From an uncultured Candidatus Rokubacteria bacterium (GTDB lineage Bacteria; Methylomirabilota; Methylomirabilia; Rokubacteriales; CSP1-6), in NCBI GenBank assembly GCA_963747235.1, contig CAVVEU010000024.1, forward strand, positions 416,001 through 480,000: a stretch of DNA of 64,000 bases, given 5' to 3'. A program made the translations under genes and the position numbers. This document shows, in pieces, positions 19,224 to 30,389 of this stretch; positions within the stretch are counted from its first letter, which is position 1, and every line of letters starts with the position of its first letter. The notes below the pieces were generated by a model. That model was not told the DNA's origin. It did no database searches and worked only from the letters and a program-made list of their open reading frames with translations.

Positions 19224-20143
19224 GTGCCCACCCGGATGCGCGGGTCGATGTAGCCGACCATCATGTCCACGACGAAATTGATCGACACGATGATCAGGGC
19301 GAGGAGCACCACCGCGCACTGCACCACCGGGAAGTCCTGGTTGCGGATCGAGTCCACGGTCAGCGTGGCCACGCCCGGGCCAGGCGAAGACGGTCTCGGT
19401 GACGATGGCGCCGCCCAGGAGCTGGCCGAACTGCAGCCCGAGCACGGTGATGACCGGGATGCACGCGTTGCGGAAGGCGTGCTTGATCACCACCATCCAC
19501 TCCGCCACGCCCTTGGCGCGCGCGGTCTTGATGTACTCCATGCTCATGACCTCGATCGACGCCGGAGCGGACGAGCCGCATGGTGATCGGGGCCAGGAAG
19601 GCGCCGAGGCGAGAAGGCGGGCATGAGGAAGTGCTGCCAGGTCCCGTAGCCGGAGGCGGGCAGCACCTTGAGCCGCACCGCGAAGATGATGATGAGCATG
19701 ATGCCGAGCCAGAAGATGGGCATCGCCTGGCCCGCCACCGCGAACATCGTGCAGAGGTTGTCCACCAGGGAGTGGCGCTTCAGCGCGGCCAGGATCCCCA
19801 GGGGCAGGGCGATCAGGAGCGCCATGCCCAGGCCGGCGAAGGTGAGGTAGAGCGTGGGCGGCATGCGCTCCATCACGAGCCTGAAGGCGGGGGTGTCGGT
19901 GTACCAGGACTTGCCGAAGTCGCCCTGCACCGCGCGGCTCGCGAACTTCCAGTACTGCACGTAGAGCGGCTGGTCGAGCCCGAGCAGCTTGTGGTAGCGC
20001 GCGTACTCCTCCTTGCCCGCGTTCTGGGGCAGGAGCAGGGTGACCGGGTCGCCGATCACGTGCAGGATCGCGAAGGCCAGCATGGAGATGCCGACGATGA
20101 CGACGACGAGCTGGACGAGCTGGCGGAGGACGTAGCGCTTCAT
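19220..20143 (-). CDS. Peptide/nickel ABC permease, DppB-like (frameshifts)
   Basis: [38 protein letters not shown]. Confidence 0.85.
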
Positions 20144-20151
20144 GACGAAAG

Positions 20152-20229
20152 CCCCTCACCCTACCCTCTCCCCGAGGGGGAGAGGGGTTCGCGGATCCCT
20201 CTCCCTCTGGGGAGGGGCAGGGTGAGGGG
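20152..20229. repeat. REP-like inverted doublet between substrate-binding and permease genes
   Basis: Terminal inverted repeat cccctcaccct/agggtgagggg enclosing two CCCTCTCCC..GGG(G)AG hairpins. Confidence 0.8.
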
Positions 20230-20239
20230 TCGGTTCTGC

Positions 20240-21789
20240 TTACTTCTTCCGCGGGGTCACGAGGAACATCCGGTCGACTCTCGTCGGCGCGGCGCCTCGT
20301 AGTCGACCCGGTTCGAGATGCCCCACACGCCGCGCAGCCCCCACTTGTAGAGGTAGGCCGCGTCGTCGAAGAGCAGCTTCTGGGCCTTCACGTAGATCTC
20401 GGTCCGCTTCTTCGGGTCGAGGGTGGAGCGCCCCTGGATGATCAGGTCGTCCAGCTGCCGGGTTGCAGTAGTAGCTGTAGTTCTCGCCGCACTTGAAGAC
20501 GTCGTAGAGGATCGCGTCGGCGTCGAAGACCGAGTAGTAGCCCCAGGACCAGTTGAACATCGGGCCGGCCTTGCCGTCCTTGATCCGGGCCGACCAGCAC
20601 CGTGTTGTCGCCGATGTAGTTGCGCTTCACCCGGAAGCCGACCTTGGTCATGTCGGCCGACGATGGCGTCGTTGGTCTGCTGGATCGCCGGCTCGACGAT
20701 GGGCGGGCCCTCGTGGAAGCACGATGTCCACGCCGTTCGGGAAGCCGGCCTCGGCCAGGAGCTTCTTGGCCGGCGCCAGGTCCTGCTTGTAGGGCTTGAG
20801 GCTCGGGTCCCAGCCGAAGGCCATCGGGTTGACGCGCGGTGGCGACGCGGTCACCGAGGCCGTTGAGCACGTGCTTGATGATCGCGTCGATGTCGACGGC
20901 CAGGTTGGCCGCCTGGCGCACCCGCTTGTCGGTGAAGGGGTTCGGGCCGCTGCGCGCGGCCTGGTCGAGCTGCAGCATCGCGGTGCGGAGGATCGGCGAG
21001 GTGGCGGTGCGCGCCGTGGCCCGACTTGTTGATGACGTCCATCTGGTCCGGCGGGACCGCCTTGATGATGTCCACGCCGCCCGAGAGCAGCTCGGCGATC
21101 TCGGTGGCCTTCTCGGGGATGATGCGGACCCGGACGTACTTGAAGGCGGGCTTGGGCCCCCAGTAGTCGTCGTTGCGCACCAGCAGGTGCTCCTGCTTCC
21201 GGCTCCACTTGACGAGCTTGTAGGGCCCGGTGCCGATCGGGTTCTCCTGCATCCACTCGTGGCCCTTCTCGCGGATCACCTTCTCGGACTGCATGACCTG
21301 GGCGGTCAGCCGCTCGACGAAGAGCGGGTAGGGCCCGTCGGTCTTGAAGCGGACGGTGTGGTCGTCGACGATCTCGACGGTCTTGATCTTGGCGTGGTTG
21401 CCGCGCGCGGTCATCTTCTTGGTCGGGTCCAGCACGCGGTCGAAGGTGGCCTTGACGTCCTTGGCGGTGAAGGGCGTGCCGTCGTGGAACTTGACGCCCT
21501 GGCGGAGCTTGACCTCCCAGGTGGTGTCGTCGATCGTCTTCCACGACATGGCCAGGTTCGGCCCGACCTTGCGGGTCTTGAGATCGCGGACCGCCAGGTG
21601 GTCGAAGACGTGGTAGCCGAGGATGATCGCCTCGCGCAGCACCGAGTTGGGCGGGTCCCAGTTCTCGATGTCCGACTGGAGCGCGTAGACAGGGTCTCTT
21701 CCTTCGTCTGGGCCGGAGGCCGGCGGGACGAGCCCGAGGCCGACCAGAAGAGCAGGGCGATGATCCAGCGGTACGAGGATACGACGCAT
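20240..21789 (-). CDS. Family 5 ABC substrate-binding protein (many frameshifts)
   Basis: [55 protein letters not shown]. Confidence 0.85.
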
Positions 21790-21854
21790 GAAAGCCTCCT
21801 TGCGGTGAAGCGGATGGATGGCGCAGGGTGGGAACCGAGCATCTAGGTGCTGGA

Positions 21855-21884
21855 ACAATAGCCGTGAGGCGCACGGGCAGTCAA
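21855..21884 (-). promoter_or_regulatory. Putative sigma70 promoter of the dpp-like operon
   Basis: TTGACT-N18-TATTGT on the minus strand. Confidence 0.5.
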
Positions 21885-21927
21885 GGCGTCCGCGCCGCGC
21901 GGACTGTGCTAAGAGAGGAGGCACGCC

Positions 21928-22483
21928 ATGACCCCGACGCTCGAGACGCCCCGCCTGCGCCTGCGCCCGCTGGCCGCCTCGGACGAGGCCGACCTGGTCG
22001 CGCTCGACAGTGACCCCGAGGTGATGCGGTACGTGGGCAGCCCGGCCGGGGTCAAGAGCCCGGCCGAGACGCGGGAGCGCGCGCGCCTGCGCATCCGCGA
22101 GGAGCAGCGCGGCGACTACGAGCCCCTGGGCTTCTGGCGGATCGAGGGCCGGAGCGACGGCGCGTTCCACGGCGTCGGCGCCCTCATCCAGATGCCCGGA
22201 TAGTGCGGACGTGGAGGTCGCCTACCGGCTGGCGCGGAGCGCCTGGGGCCAGGGGATCGCCACCGAGGCGGCCGGGGCCCTGGTGGCCCACGCGCTGGGC
22301 CCGCTCGGGCTGCCCGGGGTGGTGGCGGTGACCTATCCCGCGAATCAGGCCTCCCAGCGGGTGCTGGACAAGCTCGGCTTCGAGCGGCGCGGGATCCGGG
22401 AATACAAAGGAGTCCAGGCGACGTACCACGTGCTCACCGCCGCCGCCTGGGCCGGGCGCGCCGCGGGTGGTTCTGTTCATTGA
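21928..22483 (+). CDS. GNAT acetyltransferase, RimJ/RimL type (+1 frameshift near 22195)
   Basis: LETPRLRLRPL, DPEVMRY, EVAYRL..AWGQGIATEAA, NQASQRVLDKLGF; GGAGG RBS. Confidence 0.9.
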
Positions 22484-22509
22484 CTTTATCCCGCCCGCAC
22501 CGCCATACT
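22480..22509 (+). promoter_or_regulatory. Putative sigma70 promoter
   Basis: TTGACT-N18-CATACT upstream of ATG 22533. Confidence 0.55.
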
Positions 22510-22532
22510 TAACTCGCTGTTCACGCACACTT

Positions 22533-23498
22533 ATGGCTCCCTCATCTCTCTTCCTCGTCACCGGCGGCGCGGGCTTCATCGGCTCGCACATCGTCGAGCG
22601 GCTCCTTGGCGAGGGGCACCGGGTGCGGGTCTTCGACAACTTCTCGACCGGCAATCGGGCCAATCTCGACTTCGCCCGGGGTAACCGGCGGCTCGAGATC
22701 GTCCGCGGCGAGCTGGCCAACTTCAAGGCGGTCGAGCGCGCGGTGAAGGGCGTGACCGCGGTCTTCCACCAGGCCGCGATGCGCTCGGTGCCCCGCTCGG
22801 TGGCCGATCCGCTGGGCGCCAACGCCTCCAACGTGACCGGCACGCTGCACGTGCTGCACGCGGCGGCGCGGCAGAAGAAGAAGCCGCGCGTGGTCTACGC
22901 CTCGTCGTCGTCGGTGTACGGCGACCGGCCCGACCTGCCCAAGCGCGAGGACCAGCCGACCGCCCCCATCTCGCCCTACGCGGCCACCAAGGTGACGGGC
23001 GAGCTGTACGCCTCCGTGTGGAGCCGCCTCATGGGCGTCGAGACGGTGGGCCTGCGCTACTTCAATGTGTTCGGCCCCCGCCAGGACCCCAAGAGCGAGT
23101 ACGCGGCGGTGATCCCGCGCTTCATCCTGTGGGGGCAGACCGGCAAGCCGCTGCAGGTTCACGGCGACGGCACCCAGTCGCGCGATTTCACGTATATCGA
23201 CAACGTGGTCTCGGCCAACCTGCTCGCCGCCCGCGCGGAGGGCAGCCGCGCCTCCGGGAAGAGCTACAACGTGGGCTGCGGCAGCCGGACGAGCCTGCTC
23301 GAGATCATCGGCAAGCTGGAGAAGATGCTGGGACGGCCGTTCACGCTGAAGCACTCGCCGACCCGCACCGGCGACGTCCCGCACACCCTCGCCGACGTGA
23401 GCGCGGCCAAACGGGATCTCGGCTACGAGCCGCTGGTGGAGTTCGACGAAGGCCTTCGGCGGACGGTGGAGTTCTTCACGGGGAGGAAACTCGGATGA
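22533..23498 (+). CDS. NAD-dependent epimerase/dehydratase (UDP-GlcNAc/Glc 4-epimerase-like)
   Basis: VTGGAGFIGSH, SVPRS, ASSSSVYG, YAATK, LRYFNVFGPRQDP. Confidence 0.9.
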   Translation: MAPSSLFLVTGGAGFIGSHIVERLLGEGHRVRVFDNFSTGNRANLDFARGNRRLEIVRGELANFKAVERAVKGVTAVFHQAAMRSVPRSVADPLGANASNVTGTLHVLHAAARQKKKPRVVYASSSSVYGDRPDLPKREDQPTAPISPYAATKVTGELYASVWSRLMGVETVGLRYFNVFGPRQDPKSEYAAVIPRFILWGQTGKPLQVHGDGTQSRDFTYIDNVVSANLLAARAEGSRASGKSYNVGCGSRTSLLEIIGKLEKMLGRPFTLKHSPTRTGDVPHTLADVSAAKRDLGYEPLVEFDEGLRRTVEFFTGRKLG

Positions 23499-25012
23499 AG
23501 CGTCTCGCCATTACTACGGTAATCGCCGCGCTTTGCGCGGCGCGGTTGCGGCGGCGGTTGCGGCGCCGGTCGCCGCCCAGACCCCGGGCACCCTGGTGAT
23601 CCAGGTCGCCACCGAGCCGCCCGGACTCGATCTGACCTCCAACCCCTCCTCGGCCATCGCGGCGCGTGGTCTTCGACAACGTGCAGGAGGGGCTGATCAA
23701 GATCGACCGCACCGGCAAGATGGTGCCGTGGCTGGCCGAGCGCTGGTACACGACCGACAGCAAGAACTACACGTTCTTCCTCCGAAAGGGCGTGCGCTTC
23801 CACAACGGGCGCGAGATGAAGGCGGCCGACGTGAAGTTCGCGCTGGACCGGGCGGTGAACCCGGAGACCAAGCATCCCTACCGCACCCAGTACGACGCCA
23901 TCCAGGACGTGATCGTCAAGGACGACTACACGGTGACGGTGACGCTCAAGAAGGTGGACGCGACCTTCCTCTACACGATGGCGCGCCAGGGCTCGGTGAT
24001 CTATCCCCGCGAGGCGGTGGACACGCTCAAGAGCCAGCCGATGGGCACCGGGCCGTTCACGGTGGCCGAGTGGGTGCGCAACGACCGCATCGTCCTCACC
24101 AAGAACAAGGACTACTGGGTGAAGGGGCTGCCCAAGCTGGACCGGGTGGTCTTCCGCTTCATCCCCGATCCCAACGCGGCCCTGGCCGCGCTCAAGGCCG
24201 GCGACGTGGACGTCTCCGCCTTCGGCATCGGGCCCGAGAGCGTGGACGAGTTGAAGAAGGACGCGCGCTTCCAGGTGATCGTGGGCGACACCACCAACGA
24301 CGTGACGCTCTCGATGAACAACAGCAAGAAGCCCTTCTCGGACCAGCGCGTGCGCCTGGCCATCACGCACGCGATCAACAAGGACGAGGTGCTCAAGGGG
24401 GCGATGTTCGGCTCGGGCGAGTCCTCGGCTCCAACGTGGATCCGACCAATCCCTACTTCGTGGACGTCTCCAAGCGCGTGGCCTACGATCCGGCCAAGGC
24501 CAAGAAGCTCCTCGCCGAGGCCGGCTACCCGAACGGCTTCGAGGCGGTCTTCAAGGTGGCGCCGCAGTACTACTACACGGTGCGCTCGGCCGAGGTCATC
24601 GTGAGCCAGCTCGCCAAGGTGGGCATTCGCGCCAGCATCCAGCAGATCGAGTGGGGCCAGTGGCTCTCGCAGGTCTTCTGCCTGGCGCCCTGCCAGAACC
24701 CCGATTACGACATGTCGATCATCGGCCACGCCGAGGCGTTCGACATCGGCAACTTCGCCAATCCCGAAGTACTACTTCCGCTGGGACAGCGCCGCCTTCC
24801 AGAAGCTCTACCAGGATTCGCAGATCACGGTGGACGAGAAGAAGCGGAAAGAGCTCTACGTGAAGATGCAGGAGATGCTGGCCGACGAGGCGCCCGCGGT
24901 CTGGCTCTACATGCACCCGCGGCTCGTGGTCACCAAGAAGGGCGTGACCGGCATCTGGAAGGACCTGCCGCTCCCCGTCCTCGACCTGTCCGAGGTGGCC
25001 TGGCAGAAGTAG
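23495..25012 (+). CDS. Family 5 ABC substrate-binding protein (frameshifts near 23540, 23665, 24415, 24765)
   Basis: [38 protein letters not shown]. Confidence 0.85.
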
Positions 25013-25016
25013 GCGG

Positions 25017-25961
25017 TTGCAGCGCTATATCCTCCGGAGGGTCGCGTCGCTCGCCGCCACCCTCGTCTTCGTCTCGCTCCTGGTCTTCGCGGTCGTCCGC
25101 GTGCTGCCCGGCGACCCGGCCCTCATCATCCTGGGCCTCGAGGCCAACGCGGACTCCGTCGCGCGGGTGCGGCAGGAGCTCGGCCTGGACCGCCCCATGC
25201 CGGTCCAGTACGCGCAGTGGGTGGGCCGGGCCCTCCGCGGTGACCTGGGCCGCTCGATCCAGTACGACCTGCCGGTCTCGACCCTGATCCTGACGCGCCT
25301 CACCGTGACCCTGCCGCTCACCCTGCTGGCCGCCGGGCTGATGATCGCCGCCGCCATCCCGCTCGGGGTCTTCGCGGCCACCCGGCACCGCCGCTGGGGC
25401 GACTACCTGACGATGACCCTCTCCCAGATCGGGGTCGCGGTGCCCGGCTTCTGGGCGGGCCTGCTCCTGATCCTCTTCTTCTCGGTGCACCTCGGCTGGG
25501 TCCGGGCGGGCGGCTTCGACGGCTGGGGGCAGGGGTTCTGGCCCGCGCTGCGCTCGCTGCTGATGCCCGCGGCGGCGCTCGGCCTCTTCCAGTTCGCGGT
25601 GCTGGCCCGGACCACGCGCTCGGCGGTGCTCGAGGTGCTGCGCGAGGAGTACGTGAAGACGGCGCGCGCCAAGGGCCTGGCCGAGCGGCGCGTGCTCTTC
25701 CGTCACGCGCTGCGCAACGCGCTGATCCCGATCGTGACGGTGGCCGGCATCCAGCTCGGCCAGCTCCTGGCCGGCAGCATCATCCTCGAGTCCGTGTTCT
25801 ACCTGCCCGGGCTCGGCCGGCTCACCCTGGCCGCCATCAGCGCCCGCGACCTGCCGGTGGTGCAGGGCGTCGTGCTCTTCGTGGCCTCGATGATCGTGAT
25901 GGTGAACGCGGCGGTGGACATCCTCTACGGCCTGCTCGACCCCCGCATCCGCTATGGCTGA
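25017..25961 (+). CDS. Peptide ABC permease, DppB-like
   Basis: LPGDPA, GDLGRS, EYVKTARAKGL..HALRNA, LDPRIRY. Confidence 0.9.
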   Translation: MQRYILRRVASLAATLVFVSLLVFAVVRVLPGDPALIILGLEANADSVARVRQELGLDRPMPVQYAQWVGRALRGDLGRSIQYDLPVSTLILTRLTVTLPLTLLAAGLMIAAAIPLGVFAATRHRRWGDYLTMTLSQIGVAVPGFWAGLLLILFFSVHLGWVRAGGFDGWGQGFWPALRSLLMPAAALGLFQFAVLARTTRSAVLEVLREEYVKTARAKGLAERRVLFRHALRNALIPIVTVAGIQLGQLLAGSIILESVFYLPGLGRLTLAAISARDLPVVQGVVLFVASMIVMVNAAVDILYGLLDPRIRYG

Positions 25962-25972
25962 GCCGATGGCCC

Positions 25973-26795
25973 GTGCGTAGGCGTCCCGGCCGGCACGTCA
26001 CGTTCGTGATCGGCCTCGTCATCACCCTGGCCCTGATCGCCACCGCCGCGGTGAGCCTGGTCTACACGCCCCGCGACCCGCTCGAGATGTCGATCGCGAC
26101 GCCGCCTGCAGGGGCCGACCGCGGCGCACCCGCTGGGCACGGATCAGTTCGGGCGCGATCTGCTCTCGCGGGTGATGCGGGGCGCCATCACCGCGATCCT
26201 GGTCGGCGTGATCGCGGTGGCCATCGGGATGCTGGTGGGCGTGGCCTTCGGCATGCTCTCCGGCTACTTCGGCGGCTGGCTCGACGAGGGGTTCATGCGG
26301 CTGGTGGACGCCATCCAGGGCTTCCCGGCCATCCTCTCCGCGCTCCTGCTCGCCGCGGTGTTCCGGCCCACACTCTCCATCTCCATGATCGCGATCGGCA
26401 TCGCCTTCCTGCCCGTCTTCGCGCGCCTCACCCGCGCGAGCTTCCTCGAGTTCCGCGACCGCGACTTCGTGGTGGCGGCCCGCGCCCTCGGGGCCGGGGA
26501 CGGCGCGGTGATCGGCCGCCACATCCTGCCCAACACGCTGCCCCCGCTCATCGTCCAGGCCACCATCAGCTTCCCGGTGGCCATCCTGGCCGAGGCGGGC
26601 CTGTCCTACCTGGGGCTCGGCACCCAGCCCCCCAATCCCTCGTGGGGCCTCATGTTGCGGGAGGCGCAGGCCTTTCTCACCCTCAACCCGTGGTATGCCA
26701 TCTTCCCGGGTGGCGCCATCGCGCTGACCGTCCTGGGGCTCAACCTGCTCGGCGACGGGCTCCGGGATCTCCTCGACCCCAAGACGGTCGCGTAA
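25973..26795 (+). CDS. Peptide ABC permease, DppC-like (frameshift near 26100)
   Basis: HPLGTDQFGRD, HILPN, EAGLSYLGLGTQPPNPSWG, GDGLRDLLDP. Confidence 0.85.
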
Positions 26796-26938
26796 CACGT
26801 TTGTCCCCCTGGGAAGCAGGGGAGTGTGCTAGCCTTGGGCCGGTGCCGGTTCTCAGGGTCAGCGGTGTCGGGCCGGCGTTCCCGCGAGCCAACGCCCTCA
26901 AGAATTAGAGCAGCAACCAAGAACAAGGAGACCCATAC

Positions 26939-27673
26939 GTGCTTCGACCGCTTCTGTACGTAATCGGCACGCTCCTGGTGACGCAGGCCGCCGTCATCGC
27001 CACGTCGGTGTACCTGCACCGCGGGCTCGCGCACCGCGCGCTCAATCTGCATCCCTTCGCGGACTGGGTCTTCCGCTTCGTGCTCTGGTTCACCACCGGC
27101 CAGAACCGTCGCGAGTGGGTGGCGGTGCACCGCAAGCATCACGCCTTCACCGACACCGAGCGGGATCCCCACAGCCCCCTCGTGCACGGCTTCTGGAAGA
27201 TCCAGCTCTGGAACGTGTATTACTACGTGCGCGAGGCCCGCAACCCCGAGACCCTCGCCCGCTGGGCCAAGGACATCCGGGACGACGTGTGGGACCGCGT
27301 GCTCTTCAACAAGGGCACGCTCGGCGGGGTGGTCGGCATCGCGGCCGCCATGCTGATCCTGGGCCCCGGCTGGGGCCTGCTCCTGGCGGCGAGCCACTTC
27401 GTGCTCTACGTCTTCGTCCTGGCCCCCTCCATCAACGGCCTCGGCCACTGGTGGGGCCGGCGGAACTTCGGCAACAACTCGGCCACCAACCTGCGGGTGC
27501 TCGCCTGGCTCACCGGCGGCGAGAGCCTGCACAACAACCACCACGCGTATCCCTCGAGCCCCAAGTTCAGCATGGGTCGCCTCGAGTTCGATCCGTCGTG
27601 GGTGGTGATCCGCGTGCTCATGGTGCTGCGCCTGGCGCGCGTCGTGGGCGACAAGGTGAAGCTGGCCGCGTAG
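26939..27673 (+). CDS. Membrane fatty acid (acyl-CoA/lipid) desaturase
   Basis: Three His boxes HRGLAH, HRKHH, HNNHH; AGGAG RBS. Confidence 0.9.
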   Translation: MLRPLLYVIGTLLVTQAAVIATSVYLHRGLAHRALNLHPFADWVFRFVLWFTTGQNRREWVAVHRKHHAFTDTERDPHSPLVHGFWKIQLWNVYYYVREARNPETLARWAKDIRDDVWDRVLFNKGTLGGVVGIAAAMLILGPGWGLLLAASHFVLYVFVLAPSINGLGHWWGRRNFGNNSATNLRVLAWLTGGESLHNNHHAYPSSPKFSMGRLEFDPSWVVIRVLMVLRLARVVGDKVKLAA

Positions 27674-27698
27674 GCGTTCCGCGCCCGGCCGGATGCGA

Positions 27699-27732
27699 GC
27701 GGGCCCCGGGAGACCGGGGCCCGTCGTGTTTC
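27699..27732 (+). terminator. Probable intrinsic terminator
   Basis: gggccccgg-gaga-ccggggccc hairpin followed by a T-rich tail. Confidence 0.65.
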
Positions 27733-27785
27733 TGAAGGCCGGTTTTCCTTGACGATTCCGGCGGCCCCCGTGTCCAATGAGGGCC

Positions 27786-29186
27786 GTGCTGTTCAGCTCG
27801 CTGGAGTTCCTGTTGCTCTTTCTCCCGCTGACGCTCGCGGTCGCGCTGCGTCTGCACGGCCAGCCGCTGCTCCGCTGGATCGCCCTCACGAGCGTGATCT
27901 TCTACGCGTTCGCCGGCCACTGGTGGTTCATCGTCCCGATGCTGGTCACCACGGTGGTGGACTACGGGGTGGCGATCGCGATCGAGCGGGCCCGGGGTCC
28001 GCGGGTGCGCGCGTGGCTCCTCGTGGTCTCCCTTGCCGGCAACCTGGGCATGCTCGCGTACTTCAAGTACTCGGGGCTGATGGTCCACACCGTCGAGCAG
28101 GGCCTCGTGCTCGTGGGCGCGGAGGACCGGGCGGGCTTCTTCCGCTGGTTCGAGGTGATCCTGCCCGCCGGGATCAGCTTCTACACGTTCCAGACGCTGT
28201 CCTACATCATCGACGTGTGGCGGGGCCAGGCCCCGGCCGAGCGCAACTTCGTCCGGTTCGCCGGCTTCGTGAGCTTCTTTCCGCACCTGATCGCGGGGCC
28301 GCTCACGCGCCACCACCAGCTGATCCCGCAGCTCACGCGAATCGCGACGACCGGGATCACCCCGCGATGGCGCGACGGACTGCTGCTCTTCGGCGTGGGC
28401 CTCTGCAAGAAGGTGCTGATCGCGGACCGGCTGGGCAACCTCATCGACCCGCGGCTCGGGAACCCGGCGGAGCTGGATCTGGTGGGGGCGTGGCTGGTGC
28501 TCCTGGGCTACGCGTTCCAGATCTATTTCGACTTCAGCGGGTATTCGGACATGGCCATCGGTCTCGGGCGCCTGTTCGGGATCGAGCTGCCCCAGAACTT
28601 CAACAGCCCGTACAAGGCCACGTCTCCCAGCGACTTCTGGCGACGCTGGCACATGACCCTGTCGTTCTGGCTCCGCGACTATCTCTACATCTCGCTCGGC
28701 GGCAACCGGTGCACGCCCGCGCGCCGGCGGTTCAACCTGATGGCCACCATGGTGCTCGGCGGCCTCTGGCACGGGGCCAACTGGACGTTCGCGGCCTGGG
28801 GCGCGTGGCACGGCGCGCTCCTCGTGTTGCATCAGTCATGGCCCACCTGGGACCGGGCCGTGAGTCTGTTCTGGCAGCGCAACGTGACATTCCTGCTGGT
28901 CACCCTCGGCTGGGTCTTTTTCCGGTCTCCGGATTTCGCTCACGTCGCGCGATGGTTCTCGGGGCTCGCGGGCATGCACGGGATCGGGACGATCTCGACG
29001 CCGGAGACGCTCGCCCTGCTCGGCCTGGTCGCGGTCTGCACGGCCATCGTGCGGCTCTGTCCGAACAGCCTCGAGCTGCCCCTCGATCGCCTGGGCGCGC
29101 TGCCGCAAGCGGGCCTGGGAGCCGCGTGCGCGGCGGCGGTCGTGCTGATGAACTACGGCTCCAAGTTCCTCTACTTCCAGTTCTAG
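27786..29186 (+). CDS. MBOAT family O-acyltransferase (AlgI/DltB-like)
   Basis: LPAGISFYTFQ, QIYFDFSGYSDMAIG, FWRRWHMTLS, GLWHGA; GTG start gives the typical MLFSS N-terminus. Confidence 0.92.
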   Translation: MLFSSLEFLLLFLPLTLAVALRLHGQPLLRWIALTSVIFYAFAGHWWFIVPMLVTTVVDYGVAIAIERARGPRVRAWLLVVSLAGNLGMLAYFKYSGLMVHTVEQGLVLVGAEDRAGFFRWFEVILPAGISFYTFQTLSYIIDVWRGQAPAERNFVRFAGFVSFFPHLIAGPLTRHHQLIPQLTRIATTGITPRWRDGLLLFGVGLCKKVLIADRLGNLIDPRLGNPAELDLVGAWLVLLGYAFQIYFDFSGYSDMAIGLGRLFGIELPQNFNSPYKATSPSDFWRRWHMTLSFWLRDYLYISLGGNRCTPARRRFNLMATMVLGGLWHGANWTFAAWGAWHGALLVLHQSWPTWDRAVSLFWQRNVTFLLVTLGWVFFRSPDFAHVARWFSGLAGMHGIGTISTPETLALLGLVAVCTAIVRLCPNSLELPLDRLGALPQAGLGAACAAAVVLMNYGSKFLYFQF

Positions 29187-29189
29187 TCC

Positions 29190-30376
29190 ATGCGCATCTT
29201 CGCGGCGACGCTGGCGGCTCTGCTCGGGGTGGTCGTGCTGATCAATGGGCTCGCCGCGTGGGACCAGCAGCGGCATGAGCGTCGTCTCCGCGCCGCCTCG
29301 GCCTCCTTCCAGCCCGGGCGCGTCATGCTGGTGGAGCGCGACATGGACGAGCGGCGATTTCAGAAGGCGCGCATCGCGGCGATCCCGCGCCCGCGTGTCG
29401 TCGCGATCGGATCGAGCCGCGTCATGCAGCTCTCCACCCCCGGCCTCGGCCTCCGCCCGGGGGAGTTCTACAACGCCGGCATCCCGGCGCCCACCGTCGA
29501 GGACTACATCGCGGTGTGGTGGTGGCTGAAGCGATACGGGAAGATCCCGGACGTCGCCGTCTTCTCGGTCGACGTGTGGGCCTTCCACCGGTATCAGTCG
29601 CAGGTCCACGTGGCGGTGGTCGCCGACGAGGTGACGCGGTTCCTGGAGGGCGCGGGAGTGGGCCGCGGGGTGTTCTGGCGTCCCGCCCAGGAAGTCGTCT
29701 ACTGGTGGTATCGCGCGAAGGAGTTCTTCTCCTACACGGTGCTCAGGCGGTCGCTCCGGGACCTCGAGCGGATGCGGATCGGGAGGGCGCCGCGCGGCGC
29801 CGACGTCTTCCAGATCTTCGTGCCGGAGGCGGAGATGGCGGGACGGTCGGCCCGCCGTGCCGACGGCAGCATGGTGAACGACGGCCCGTCGCCGAACGAG
29901 CCGCCCGCCGACGTCGGCCCCGCCGCGGTCCGCTTCGTCCTGCCCGGCACCACGGATCTCGGCGGATTCCAGTGGGATGCCGAGCGCGCGGCGCGCCTCG
30001 AGCTGCTATGGCGCGACATGACCGCGGCGGGCGTCAAGATCGTGGCCTACATGCCGCCCTACTGCGCCGTCCGCGTGGGCGGTGGCCCGCCGGGTCCCCG
30101 GATACTTCGCGACCGAGACGCCGACCGAGGCCTTTCTCCGGCCGGGTCGCCGCGGAGCTCGGCGTTCAGTTCACGAATGCCTCGAACCCGGCGACGATTC
30201 CGTGTGACGAGGCGGAGTTTCTGGACGTGTTCCACCCGAAGGAGGTGTGCCTGGCGCGGCTTGCTCCGTCCGCGGATCTCCGGGCTCGCGTCAGCGCTTC
30301 CGGGCCACCGTGGGTTCCAGGTGAGCGCCGTCGGTCGCCACCCGGCCCTGGACGATGTCGAAGCGGCTCAGGATGA
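29190..30376 (+). CDS. Extracytoplasmic SGNH/DltD-like partner of the MBOAT (frameshifts; end uncertain)
   Basis: N-terminal TM helix, IGSSR, FYNAG, C-terminal FLDVFHP (DxxH). Confidence 0.6.
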
Positions 30377-30389
30377 GCCTATTCATCGA

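Noticed and set aside
26800-26938. Structured leader upstream of the desaturase
   Set aside because: Only short GC hairpins (ggcgtt/aacgcc), which are expected by chance at this GC content.
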